From Balanoglossus misakiensis (lineage: Eukaryota; Animalia; Hemichordata), in the NCBI GenBank assembly GCA_040954595.2, contig CM082580.2, positions 6,703,519 to 6,767,518 on the forward strand: 64,000 nucleotides of DNA, written 5' to 3'. Below are positions 1 to 11,159 of this stretch, piece after piece. The translations under genes and the position numbers were made by a program. Each line of letters begins with the position of its first letter. Positions within the stretch are counted from its first letter, which is position 1. A model generated the notes under the pieces. That model was not told the origin of the DNA and searched no databases. It saw only the letters and a list, made by a program, of their open reading frames with translations.

Positions 1-64
1 ACATCAGATCATTTTGAAATGAACAAAGGATCCTTCCTACATGAAATTTTTTTCCTCTTTCTAG

Positions 65-201
65 ATCCATCAAGACCTGTCAAAGTAGCCCTTACCAAAG
101 CGGTGTATGGTGTGACTGCTGACACCTACTCGGCATATAGACTGGCATCATACAGTGAAGGACTGCTGACTATATGGGACTTGAGAAATTTTGAAAAACC
201 T
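65..201 (+). CDS. MIOS: MIOS coding exon (WD40; ...[10 protein letters not shown])
   Basis: Pyrimidine tract + ctag acceptor at 61-64; ends at the U12 donor ATATCCTTT (202). Confidence 0.9.
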
Positions 202-3200
202 ATATCCTTTCTCATAGTGTACACACTCTACCAGTACCTTTCGTTTTTATATACACACAATGTAAAAGAATGTGCCCATGGACTTTTTTTTTCCTGGACA
301 GGTTATTGGGACTTATGCTACATGTTTTCAAAAATTAAAACATCCATCAATTGACTGCATCCCAGTGGGAAAAAAAAATCATGATGTTTTCCTTAACCTC
401 TGTGCACGTTGTTTCCATCAATGAGAAATGCAACATCAGCAGGTTGTCATGGTGCCCCACCAGGATGGGACTGCTGGCCGTTCTCTCCAAGGACTATCCC
501 ACCATCAAACTCTACGACGTCCAACACACTACATTCAGTGAGTAGCATTGGAGCTTTGCAGTGTGCATTGACCTGAGTGACCTCGCATTCTAGTGTCTGC
601 TGTGCGTTAGTGTGGGTCTGCCGGTGTGATACGGACTTGACATTTGAACCGTAAATGCTGCTCTTCAACCTTGCACATACAGAATTTTGACCTAACCTTG
701 AATGAGAATTTAATTATTTTACTGCTGACAAAGCAGTGCAAGTTGGACACAGAGAGACTGGATTGTCAATAGAAATACATAGATGCAAGGGTCACACACA
801 AGTCATGGAAAGACCACCTGTGTGCACTTCAGGATGGCAAAACTAGGTAATTGTTGGTCACTTAGTAAATTGCAAAATATTTTTGTGTCTTTCAGCTGAA
901 GATGTTGAACCCGCAGTGATTGAAAGAACAGTCAAACGTAAGTACACCCTGTTTCCTCACATTTTACCTGTGAAACTTAGTGCTGACATTCTAACATGAA
1001 TATTAGGACACAGCAAAGCCATTCTGATACGACAATCCAGAGAAATGAGTATGCTATCCAAAACCTAATTTTTCTGCGTCTGTCCACAGCATTCCAAGGC
1101 AACCAGACCATGTCGTCCTTTGCTTGGCATCCGACACACGAGAACCGAATGATAACCATCACACCTGGTGGCACTATGAAAGACATCACGGTCTTTGAAC
1201 GGATAGCGTTGGTGAGTTCAGAATGTTTCTGGTCTTTGATGTGCATTTCACATAGTGAGTGAAATCTGTCAGTTAAGGTACAATTGGGAAAAGAAAATCT
1301 GTCCTTAATAGACAGGTGGCATGCTATTCAAACCGTAAAAAGGTCTAATCATCCACTCAAAGTAAAAAAATATAAAATTTGGCAGTCTGAAAAACTCCTT
1401 AGTCTGTCATCGTGTACATTGATCAAGTTTCCCCACTTCCAGTGCGGAACCATGGGGCCATTCAAAAGTTTGTGATCAGGAACACTGAAAATGAACGATT
1501 GAAATTTTGATAACAGACAAGGTTTTATCTATTACTTTCACGCAAATTCACTCAGGCATGGTCCCCACACACCAGTGTGATCTGGTCGTGCGGCAAGAAA
1601 CTACTGCAGGGCGCACCCGAGGTCCCCAGCGCTCAAGTGGAGGACGACATCTCCGTGGAGATGAAGCGCCGCGCCAAAGCCGGATACGGACTACAGACGG
1701 AACAGCTCGGCGAGAACGGAGACATCACCGGCGATCCAAAGTTGACTAGGCTGTGGTCGTGGCTGAACGATATCCTTTGATTGCGTCATCACGTGCAATT
1801 TTTTTTTTATCAAAGCCTCGAGGCTTGATAGATCTATTCCCATTCTGTTGCTTATCTGCATGGAAACCGTTGCCTAGCAACAAAATCGCTCAATTGCATC
1901 ATCCCTTCCCATTAATTTCTAGCCACAGTTGCTGTGTAATCTTATCTGTACGGTATCATTCATTTGCTGCACTGTGTACATCGTTTCTTTCCAAAAATAG
2001 CACTCTAAATTGTCAATTTTAGATGGATCTTCTCATTTATAAGATTGCCCTGTAATAGAGCATTCTCATTTCTTCGTTATGCAAGGTCCCAGACATTTAT
2101 TAAAAAGGTCGCAGACACTACCATGTCATACTTTAGTCTGTATGATAAAACGTTGAACAAATTAAGTACGGTAGTGAAGTAAAACATTGACCTTTACAAA
2201 TATGTTTTTAAAAAACAGACCTTCCATCATAAAACATGATTTTTGCTTCATTTGAAAGTAACCATTTATTAAGTTGTCCAGTTATCAATCATAGAATTAA
2301 CTGCTGCTACATCACGCATAATACCTAGAAATATGATGTTACTTCGCATGTTTAAATAAAGTAAAACTGGCTGTTAGTCCGTCTTTAACTCCTGTGTACA
2401 TGTGAAGCTCTTGCGAGATGAAGGCAAAATTAAAAACAGCGGCAAGAACAACATCAAAATGCCCGGTGTGAAGTCTGTCATCCACGGAGAACTGAACGGC
2501 TCCGGGAAGTGCCAACGCAGCGATGAGAAAATAGTGGAGTGGGAGGGTTTGGATTGGTCGCTGTCTTCGGTCATGTTCAAGAGTGAGGACAGGTGAGACT
2601 GAAGTGGGATCGTTTTTTATCAGGGCATCCTCGGTACTTTGAATCAGCATTCCAGGAAGAAGGTGGAAAAGTTTCCTCGTGCACTGCATCTTTCATCCAG
2701 ACACATGAGCAAGGCAACGTTATGAAAGCCATGCATTTTATAGTGCCAACGGGGAAACATCACGATCATATTTTAATAATTGATGGTGATTGAGTCTATT
2801 AGAGTAGACTAAAAGTTTAGAATATTCATCTCTTCAGATCTCTGATAGAGAAGTGTTAGTCTTCTGTGTGCAGTGGTAATGGATCATTTGTATGACCCCC
2901 CCCCCCCCCTCTCCATGTTATTGAATGCTTCATACGACCTTTCCACAACAGTGAACCCATGTCCATGGCTCTTGAATACCCAGGGATTCATGATAGTATG
3001 AGCATTGGCAGAGATGTTCATTTTCCCATTTAGACTCTGGTAAACTATTTTGTGTGTTTTCCCCATTTCTAGAAGACGAACACTACATCTTTGCGGGTGG
3101 AATTTCAGCGGAGATGATCACTCCTTGAACGGTTTCCTGGATGAGTAAGTTAATGTTGATGGCACTCGATGTCATATATTAATAAATCTTTTTAAGTTAT

Positions 3201-6200
3201 CAGATATTTTATTTCACTTGTCAAAGTAAAATAATTGTTGAAAAGATTGTCTGGAGCTCAGTATGTTTTCCTCTGATGTAAAAAATATATGTATTTGCAG
3301 GTTGGTGGAAGATGAAGAGTTTGAAAGAGCGGCCGCGATTGCATTGTTTAATTTAAAAATTAGAAGAACCATTGCGATTCTGCAAAAAGGTGCCCAGTCT
3401 TCAAATGGGAAAAAAGGTATTGCAAATTATAATTCCATCACTCATTGACCTTTCACCCCTCAGGCATTCCATGTCAAAGGTCACCTGTAAAATTGGATCG
3501 TTGCTTTCAGCTGCGTCTGGTCGCACGGAAGTCGGCCATACTGCGAGGTCAACACAGGTCACTCCTGTTTGATGTATCTCCCCAAGTACGTTCACGATTA
3601 ATTTATAGGTCAAAATGAGACAAGAACTCCAATATGTCACCATTACCGGTAATTCTACTTTGATAAGATTGACAACCTATGGCATCATAAATCTAACAGT
3701 CCCACCAAGTCTTGTCTCAGAGTATTACATTAGTAGCACTGGGACTTTTTCCATTAAAAAATTACCTCTCTTTTATTTCCAGTTTCTGTTACCATATGTT
3801 ACACTCCGACCCCCACCAGTAACTGATATCAATATTGCATAATTTGATGTACAATGCAGTAAACTGGTTTGAATGATAAGAAATCGACATCAAATGTACT
3901 TGTGTCTTGTTATGCCTCTTCAAAAGACCACATAAAAATGTTTGGGACAGATTAAAGAGATTGTACTAAAGTGTTTTATCTGGATGCACTATGGCATATT
4001 TTCATGAACCCTGTGAAGTCAAATTACCCTGAAAAACATAGAAACACGTTTTCTATAAAGGCTTGATAAATGGCTTTGTTATATCCTGATCTGCAGTATC
4101 ATATATTTTCTTTCTGCTTTGCCTCCTGTTGCCATAGTTACAGTTGATGCATCAACAGCATCTGCATCAGTCACTCTCTTTTTTTTCACCCCGCAGCTGG
4201 AGATCTCAATCTGAACGTGGTTGCCATGGCGTTGTCCGGGTACACCGACGACAAGAACACGCTGTGGCGCGAGATGTGCAGCTCCCTCTGTCAGAATTTG
4301 AAGAACCCTTACCTCAGAGCCATGTTTGCTTTCTTGACGAGCGACAACGACGGCTACACGCTTGTGCTGGTAAGTTTCTTGCTCAGGCACATTGAGAACA
4401 ACTACACATGTCACGATTTAACAGTTCAGTGCACTGTGTGGGGCTGTGTGGCAACCCTAAAAAATTTCATCATGGAAGCCACAGAGATGTGGAATAATTA
4501 TCCTTGGCTAATTTCACATCCAGATTTTATGGAACATCACTCTCATCAGTCTACCTAAATATATTGAGACCTTGAAGCGCTCTGTAGTGTCTTTCAAAAT
4601 GTAATAAACTGGTCAAGAGCAATCTATTTTACTATGTATTGTGAATTTAAATGTAGATGATGAAGATTTGTGAAGTCAAATTCCAATTTGACAGAACAGT
4701 TTGGCGTTGTCCTCAAACTTACACTTGAACTTGGGAACATTGCTTGGTCTGCTTACAAGTGCAAGGTATTACGTTCCATTTCCTTTCCTTTTTGTGCACT
4801 TTCCAGAGTGAATCAGGCATGAAAGTGGAAGACAGAGTGGCCTTTGCTTGTCACTTCCTGACGGACACCCAGCTGGCCCACTACATCGACGAACTGACCA
4901 AAGAGATGATTGCGACCGGTGACCTGGCCGGCATACTGCTGACCGGTCTCACTAAGGACGGCGTTGACCTGATGGAGATGTACGTCGATAATGTAAGTGG
5001 TCGTCGCTATCTGTAGATTTATGTTACACTGGGCTGTATTTATTTTCTGAGAAGACAATTCAGAATTGCGCAGTGGTCGTAGTTCTGGTGTCATATTGGA
5101 GGACTTAAATTGTCATGTGCACAGGACAGCAAATCAGTGAAATGAAAATTCCTCTGGGACAAGAGTTATGCACAGTAAAGTACACCATGGTGACATCCAA
5201 TAATTCACCCTATTGCTATCTTAGACCATTCTTCATGGACTATGAGATTAATAAAATGGTTTAAAAATTCTTTCTGAAATATGATACAGTTTTAATAATT
5301 TAGCTTTGAAACATTTCCATGTTATTTCCACAGAGCAGCGATGTTCAGACAGCCAGCTTAGTCATGCTGCAGGCGTTCCCCAGCGACATCTCCAAGGACA
5401 GCAGAGTCGATCACTGGATTGAGTCGTACAGAAGTCTGTTGGACAGATGGAGACTGTGGCATGAAAGGTGAGTTGTAGGATAAGACACGCTTCGTATATG
5501 AAATCAAAAATTCATGAAGTGAAACTAACAGGTGCCTCTGCTCACAGAGAAAACTCAAGGTAAATCAGTTGAAGAAGTATGTTCTAAAAAGTATATGAAT
5601 AGCTTGTAAGTTGTAGGTAAAACAAATGTTCTGGAATCATCATAATCTTCCCATTGACTGCATGATCACACTGGCCTGAGGGAAGCAATTGAAATCAGTT
5701 ATGAGCAGGATGTGGGTTATCTTTAGTGATGTGTTGCTGTGGCAACCACTTGGTGGTCGTTCATCATCTGCAGAGAGGATGAATTCATGCCAATTAGAAG
5801 CTGCTACTGTCATAGTTTTGTCACATGATCATTCTGTGAAAGTCTAGAACTGCTGAAACAAGATTTCTGATGTAAGTTGCAGTTAATCTCGTTTTGGCCA
5901 AGAGGAAGTGAATTAGACTAATTGCTCTGACCTTTTACAGATTATTTGGGTTGCATCTTCGGTTGTGACCTTCGTGGTATTAATAGTTCTTACAGTTTGA
6001 TACTGATGTCTTTTCTGTTTTCTCTCTGCAAAGTTGAGAATCGAGGTCCAAACACTATCACACAATCTACCACTTAAAATGTTAAATTTGTCATAAACCA
6101 ATGTAGACGTTAGTTTAAAGGTATACAGTTACCTGTACCAATTTATCTACAGTTACAAATTGAGAGCTAGCCAATCACAGATTTTCTGTGGGTGGCACTG

Positions 6201-8078
6201 GCACACGCGAAAAAAAGAGTGCCACCATATGTTCTTTAGAACACTCAAATACATGTGCACGTATTTAAATTGGGGGTGACTGTATACCTTTAACGCTGCC
6301 ACTGAGCAGACACCATCACACTGTTCTCTTTACTGAGTGAAACACGCTGCTTGACTTCATTTTGTCGTACCTCTCGCTTACAGAGCCAAATTTGACGTCT
6401 ACCGCAGCCAGTGCGACGTGCAAAGTCGTCCAGCCCAGCAAGTCTTCATTAGTTGCAACTTCTGTGGAAAGTCCATTGCCAGCTGCATGTTAACTGGGTC
6501 CTCTAGAGCGAGACTCATGCAGTCGTTCGGGGCAGGCATTGCCAACAAATCAAAGGTACAGTGATAATATTTAACGAGACATTAGCTGTAACTTTTGGAT
6601 TTATTTCCGATATTTTTGTTCTGTGTATTCAAAGCAATTTTTTGCTCTACTTCAAACAGCACTGCTGGTATACCCAATAATCTGTTTGTCTACCTTTATG
6701 TGTGTAACAGCCATTGTTATTGTTGACAAATGAATTCATGGGATGTTGTTATTTTTCACAAACTGATGCAGGCTATTACGGTATACTGTACACAGAAATA
6801 CAATTTGAGAAGTTAAGTCAGTCCAAATAATAATTCTTTTCGTCCTTGTGATAATTGTAGATAAATAGTTGTCCAGGATGCAGGAAGCCATTGCCGCGAT
6901 GTGCCCTGTGTCTCATTAATATGGGAACGCCGTCAGCTCCGCCACCCACAAATAAAACCAAGGAGGAAGGAGAAGGTAACTACAGCTTGTTTTTCACATT
7001 CTGGCCACTGCAGACTTTGAAAGTATTATATGACATGAGCTCTGATTGGATGTTCTTTGATTATTAAACTTGTTTTACCGTGATGCAACAAGATGAAATT
7101 TAGAACATTTCCTGTGTTCATTTCAATTGTCAATTCCATATCTTGGTATTCAATTCTCGCTACCTTGTAAAGAAGACTCAAGTTACCCTGTGCTTTAATC
7201 CAAACTTTGTGTTCACTTTCAGATGAGAGCAAGCGTAGTCAGTTCCAGAATTGGTTCACATGGTGTCAGACGTGTCGACATGGAGGCCATTCGTTACATA
7301 TGACACAGTGGTTTAAGTAAGTGAAACCAAATGCATAATTCTCACCCAGTTTGTGCTGTTTTTGCAGAAGTTCAGCTTTTACAATCAACAAGTCAATCTC
7401 TCCATTCAACTGTCATATCCCTGATAAGATCAGCTGTTGACTGATGTTGGCAGTCTTTCTGACTATGGTATCTCTCATCATATCACTCTCCCTGAAGACT
7501 CACCTAAGCGTTATTCCTCTGTTGGAATATATAAACCCAGTCTCCCTCTACCACCCACGCTGATAATTTCTCATGACAAAAATCCCAGTCTAGCAAATTC
7601 CCCCTGAAGATAGCAGCTTGACACCACATGCGAACTGAATGTTGATCGTCAGTTTCCATGGTAACACAGGATTTAGCGCAGACGAGATCTTGTCATCCAG
7701 CGATCAGATGCCAGTGTTCAGTGATGTGTTTGATCGTATGTCATTAAATTCTGTTCTAATGTCAGAGCTGTGCAAAAGTTAGCGAGATCAGTCAGCTGTG
7801 ATTTTGTACTTAGGGATGGACCATTTCATATCCTGGGAGGGGGGGGGGTCTGGAAGATTGATGAGGTAGCATTATTTTCTTTAGGAAATTGAAGTCATCA
7901 CTGAGTACTATATTTCTCAAAAGAATACTGCCGTTCTTTCGTTCCTTTTTTAACGTTATTTATATTTTGATTGGTTGACAGGAATCACACAGAGTGCCCA
8001 GTTACAAGCTGTAAGTGTAAGTGCATGACGATGGATGGAATCGGTACAGTTACATCAACGTCCAAGGTCGAATCATAG
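65..8078 (+). CDS. MIOS: GATOR2 complex protein MIOS (WD40 + solenoid + C-terminal Zn/RING); 5' part lies upstream of the window; 15 coding exons here, ~665 aa
   Basis: Exons 65-201, 408-537, 896-937, 1090-1211, 1556-1769, 2400-2592, 3073-3144, 3301-3416, 4197-4369, 4807-4992, 5334-5467, 6384-6555, 6861-6975, 7223-7316, 7982-8078 join in frame with consistent phases and end at TAG 8076-8078. Peptides [104 protein letters not shown] and [14 protein letters not shown] match MIOS/Mio/Sea4 as recalled. Confidence 0.97.
202..407 (+). other. U12-type (minor spliceosome) AT-AC intron, phase 0
   Basis: 5' ATATCCTTT at 202, branch TTCCTTAAC at 389-397, 3' CAC at 405-407. Removal restores FEKP|VVSINE, collinear with human FEKP|VLTLTE. 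Confidence 0.93.
408..537 (+). CDS. MIOS: MIOS coding exon (VVSINE...WCPTRMGLL...YDVQHTT)
   Basis: Follows AC acceptor; gtgagt donor at 538. Confidence 0.9.
896..937 (+). CDS. MIOS: MIOS 42-nt coding exon ([13 protein letters not shown])
   Basis: tttcag acceptor, gtaagt donor; resembles human ETEPTIIERSVQ. Confidence 0.88.
1090..1211 (+). CDS. MIOS: MIOS coding exon ([11 protein letters not shown]...VFERIAL)
   Basis: cacag acceptor, gtgagt donor, conserved peptide. Confidence 0.92.
1556..1769 (+). CDS. MIOS: MIOS coding exon (AWSPHT...[10 protein letters not shown]...LWSWLN)
   Basis: ctcag acceptor; ends at the U12 donor ATATCCTTT (1770). Confidence 0.9.
1770..2399 (+). other. U12-type (minor spliceosome) AT-AC intron, phase 1
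   Basis: 5' ATATCCTTT at 1770, branch-like TCTTTAAC at 2382-2389, 3' TAC at 2397-2399. Splicing gives [15 protein letters not shown] in frame. Confidence 0.9.
2400..2592 (+). CDS. MIOS: MIOS coding exon (VKLLRDEG...PGVKSVI...FKSEDR)
   Basis: Follows AC acceptor; gtgaga donor at 2593. Confidence 0.87.
3073..3144 (+). CDS. MIOS: MIOS coding exon (RTLHLCGW...FLD)
   Basis: ttctag acceptor, gtaagt donor; LCGW motif. Confidence 0.88.
3301..3416 (+). CDS. MIOS: MIOS coding exon ([15 protein letters not shown])
   Basis: ttgcag acceptor, gtattg donor. Confidence 0.9.
4197..4369 (+). CDS. MIOS: MIOS coding exon ([15 protein letters not shown]...[12 protein letters not shown])
   Basis: ccgcag acceptor, gtaagt donor. 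Confidence 0.93.
4807..4992 (+). CDS. MIOS: MIOS coding exon ([10 protein letters not shown]...GILLTGL...YVDN)
   Basis: ttccag acceptor, gtaagt donor. Confidence 0.93.
5334..5467 (+). CDS. MIOS: MIOS coding exon (DVQTAS...[18 protein letters not shown])
   Basis: cacag acceptor, gtgagt donor. Confidence 0.92.
6115..6293. mobile_element. MITE, TTAA-flanked, Kolobok-like termini
   Basis: TTAA-AGGTATACAGTTACC … GGTGACTGTATACCT-TTAA: 15-bp TIR with one mismatch; related copies near 54520-54611 and 52985-53065. Confidence 0.75.
6384..6555 (+). CDS. MIOS: MIOS coding exon (AKFDVYR...SCNFCGKSI)
   Basis: tacag acceptor, gtacag donor. Confidence 0.9.
6861..6975 (+). CDS. MIOS: MIOS coding exon ([22 protein letters not shown])
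   Basis: tgtag acceptor, gtaact donor. Confidence 0.92.
7223..7316 (+). CDS. MIOS: MIOS coding exon ([22 protein letters not shown])
   Basis: tttcag acceptor, gtaagt donor. Confidence 0.92.
7982..8078 (+). CDS. MIOS: MIOS terminal coding exon ([13 protein letters not shown]...VES*)
   Basis: gacag acceptor, ECPV-C-C-C motif, TAG stop. Confidence 0.9.
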
Positions 8079-8604
8079 CAGTGGTGTGTCCCAGTCTTCT
8101 AGCACATGTAAAGGCCTAGGTTGCATAATACACTATTCCAGAAATTCTCTCAACGTGGCCGCAATGAAGACGACCTGGTGGGATTACAAACCGAGTCGGC
8201 AGCAACATATCTTATGCAACCATCAGAAAACAGCGCACATCTCAACATACCTCTCTGTATCAGGGATCATTAATTAACTCTGACAATGCAAGTCCAGTCG
8301 TGTTTCAAATCGTTGTCGAGTTTGTGCTTAAGCTGAACACAAACTTGTCATTTTAGAACTTTTTATTACATGTTTGTCAAACATATTTGAGGTGCTTGTG
8401 GTAAGCATTAGTCAGGTGCAAAAGTCAACTTTTACTGACTTGATCTTAAAGTTGAATTCATTGGTCAACAACAACAATGGCCGATAGGCTTTGTTGAGAA
8501 GCTGAAGACTGAACATTTTGTAAAGCTATCCAATGTAGAACAAGAAACCGGAGTTGATACATGAGAAGGAAAATACTGATAAAATAGCCAAAAGTTGGGT
8601 AACT

Positions 8605-8697
8605 TTAACCCTTTCACCACCATGATTCCGTCCAAACCCATTATTTTCTGTGGTATAGTTGGACCTCTAAAGACGGAACTGGGGGTGAAAGGGTTAA
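8605..8697. mobile_element. 85-bp MITE with piggyBac-like TTAA/CCC…GGG/TTAA ends, in the MIOS 3' UTR region
   Basis: TTAA-CCCTTTCACC … GGTGAAAGGG-TTAA; a second copy of the same length is at 57697-57781. Confidence 0.75.
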
Positions 8698-9632
8698 TTT
8701 CATCATGGAAACAACTATACAGTGAAAATAGACTTTTCACTTTTTGGTAAATTCACTGGTTGAAACAATGCTACTGCTACTTTGTAGTACTGTTCAAACT
8801 GCAGAGACAATTTCTGATTCACACACACACTTGGAATGTTCTCAGTGATGCAGGATTTGACGCAGATGTGTACTCGCTGCTTTAAGTATATTAATTTTCG
8901 GTGTGGATGTGAAATTTGTGTATCATGAAACTTGTCATGGAAGGATACACATTTCACAGCTGGCTGAACCGACAAGGTGTCTTGCTTGCATAATGCCATT
9001 ACTAAATTCAATCAAAATGGTTGTACTTTTCTGAAGATAGACAACAGTGTCATTAAAATTAATCCTTTTGTCAAAAAAAAAAAATCCAATCCAGCTCAAA
9101 TTGCATACGTTACTGGTATTTTCGTTATCAAATGTTCAAAGATGTCTATATACAAATATTGAACGGTACCTGAAGCAGGTTATTTTATTTCAATTGACAG
9201 TTGACATTATACGCATTCACCATAATGTCATTGACATTTGTTTATGAGTTATATTTTTAGTCCGATGTACAATCCAAAATCACGTTCATGCCAAGAAGTG
9301 CTTTCTCTTGTACTGGAGTTTTAATTTAGAGAAGTTCACACAGAAGTCTGTATACTATCCATACGAGTGCGCGTTAGGTTTTATGTAGTCAGGTACGTGA
9401 TGCATGATGAAATCATGATTAGCATATTCAAATTTACGGTGTACATTTCAGAAAATAAGGACAGTGAATTGAATACTATGTATTTTTTTAAGTTTACATA
9501 GTGTGTAAACCAAATGGTGCATTGCAGATAAAGTTTGCTGGCTGTAAGTATAATCTCTGCTTATATTTTCAACGTGTGTACGCTTTGCCGTTTCTGAGAA
9601 AAAAAAAGTATAAATTCTAAAGCGACAATATC

Positions 9633-9638
9633 AATAAA
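9633..9638 (+). terminator. Candidate MIOS polyadenylation signal AATAAA
   Basis: AATAAA followed by T/GT-rich sequence ~1.55 kb after the stop, just before the opposing RPA3 3' end. Confidence 0.5.
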
Positions 9639-9749
9639 ATGTAAATACAAGTACTCTTGTCTACGTGTTTTCGATTTTTATGGGGCATCAGAGCATGCTA
9701 ATCTGACAATGAAAGAGTGGAGGCACCGGGTTTAAAAACAAAGATATGC

Positions 9750-9755
9750 TTTATT
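9750..9755 (-). terminator. Candidate RPA3 polyadenylation signal AATAAA
   Basis: tttatt on the + strand ~355 nt beyond the RPA3 stop. Confidence 0.4.
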
Positions 9756-10109
9756 TTGACATCCAAAAGTCCAATTCTTGTTGAAAAACTGTTTTATACA
9801 TGATAGTACCTGAATGCTGAACACAACTATGTGTTTGTGTGGGTTATTATGTAAATAAATATCTACCACTTTTTCACAAATGAAAGATGCGTCGTAAAGA
9901 GTACCACTTGTACAGTTTTTTATGTTGCTGGGAGTATGAAACTCCATGTTCATGTTCTATGAGATAACAGTATCTCCTCTGTCCAACGTTTGTCTTCGTA
10001 TATCAAAGCTAGTAGATTCCAGTCTCTCACTGGATGCAGTATTGTCACTAGACATATAAACATATAGTGTTTTCTGTATTCATAAAAACGCAGCATCTCA
10101 ACTCAATCC

Positions 10110-10183
10110 TCAGACTTCTGATAATGTATGGTACTGTGGAAACTGGTTGGTCAACTTCACAGCTTCGTTGTACAGATTCATAT
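10110..10183 (-). CDS. RPA3: RPA3 coding exon 4
   Basis: tctcag acceptor, TGA stop. Confidence 0.92.
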
Positions 10184-11099
10184 CTGAGAATAGAAAAATT
10201 AAAAACAAAAATAAAGAGGTCGTGATGGTTTGCTTTGCTCACATACAACAGGGAAGGGCAGGAATAGGGTCTTTGATGTCACCACAACTAGAAAGATATT
10301 ATCGGTGCACTTACCAAAGTTTATTTCACCAAAGCTGACGTAATGTTCGCAATTGACTTCACACCCATGTCCAACTTCACCAATGACTTCAACCAATCCT
10401 TCTATCATGTCATTTAACTATGGAAGATACAAGTATAGCAAAATTTGACAATGACGTTAACTTGTTCATCATGAGAATCTTGTAGTGCAACTTCTGTTAT
10501 GGTGAATATGTTTGACATACCGGTTCCATCAATTTGACAATCACATCTTGTTCATCGCAGGATGTTATTACAAATGATGCTCCGTCTTGGCCGACCTGAA
10601 AGGACAGAACATAGATGCATTAATGGCCAACACCAATACTAGTCTGTCGCGTTTACAGCCAAGGCGAACACTCTCGCCTACCCAAAGGGCATGAACAAGG
10701 TTGCATTATACATTTGCATTTCAGTCATGATTGAGAATAGATAGCCAAGAAAGTAAGAGTGGATTCCTCCAAGAAAGTGGGATGACGCACTGTTGCTTGT
10801 AGTGTTACTGAGATCGTCGTTAGGGAGCCATCAGTTGCCGGCTTCCGAACGTCAAACCTCAACGACACTTCAAGCACCGATGGAATAAGCGTACCAATTA
10901 TTATAAACCTGGGTACTGCTGTATGTAAATAATGTGCTGAAATGTACAACCAGTGATGTTACAAATGTAAATAACTCTGCATCTGATTTCATGTGGTACT
11001 CACACTTTTCACTCTTCCCAGAAGACAAACAAGCCTTCCTTGGTACTGTGGTAACATAGATGCATTAACTCTCGCCCGTGGTTTATCAAGGTACGACAT
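10110..11099 (-). CDS. RPA3: Replication protein A 14 kDa subunit (OB fold), complete, 4 exons, 115 aa
   Basis: Exons 11099-11004 (MSYLDKPRARVNASMLPQYQGRLVCLLGRVKS), 10595-10521 (VGQDGASFVITSCDEQDVIVKLMEP), 10417-10315 (LNDMIEGLVEVIGEVGHGCEVNCEHYVSFGEINF) and 10183-10110 (DMNLYNEAVKLTNQFPQYHTLSEV*). All introns are GT-AG and in frame. Matches RPA3 motifs PR.R(I/V)NA.ML, LMEP, G.VEV.G.V and FD..LYNEAVK. Confidence 0.95.
10315..10417 (-). CDS. RPA3: RPA3 coding exon 3
   Basis: ccatag acceptor, gtaagt donor, 103 nt. Confidence 0.92.
10521..10595 (-). CDS. RPA3: RPA3 coding exon 2
   Basis: tttcag acceptor, gtatgt donor, 75 nt. Confidence 0.9.
11004..11099 (-). CDS. RPA3: RPA3 coding exon 1
   Basis: ATG at 11099, gtgagt donor, 96 nt. 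Confidence 0.92.
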
Positions 11100-11159
11100 T
11101 ATGATTATCGCGTCGAAACTGTTTCAGCAACAACTTTATTTTCCACACACTGCTCTGCT

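Noticed and set aside
7415-7650. CCTGA(T/A)(A/G)A motifs followed by small stems, reminiscent of Penelope-type hammerhead ribozymes
   Set aside because: The required GAAA core after stem II is absent; at most decayed remnants.
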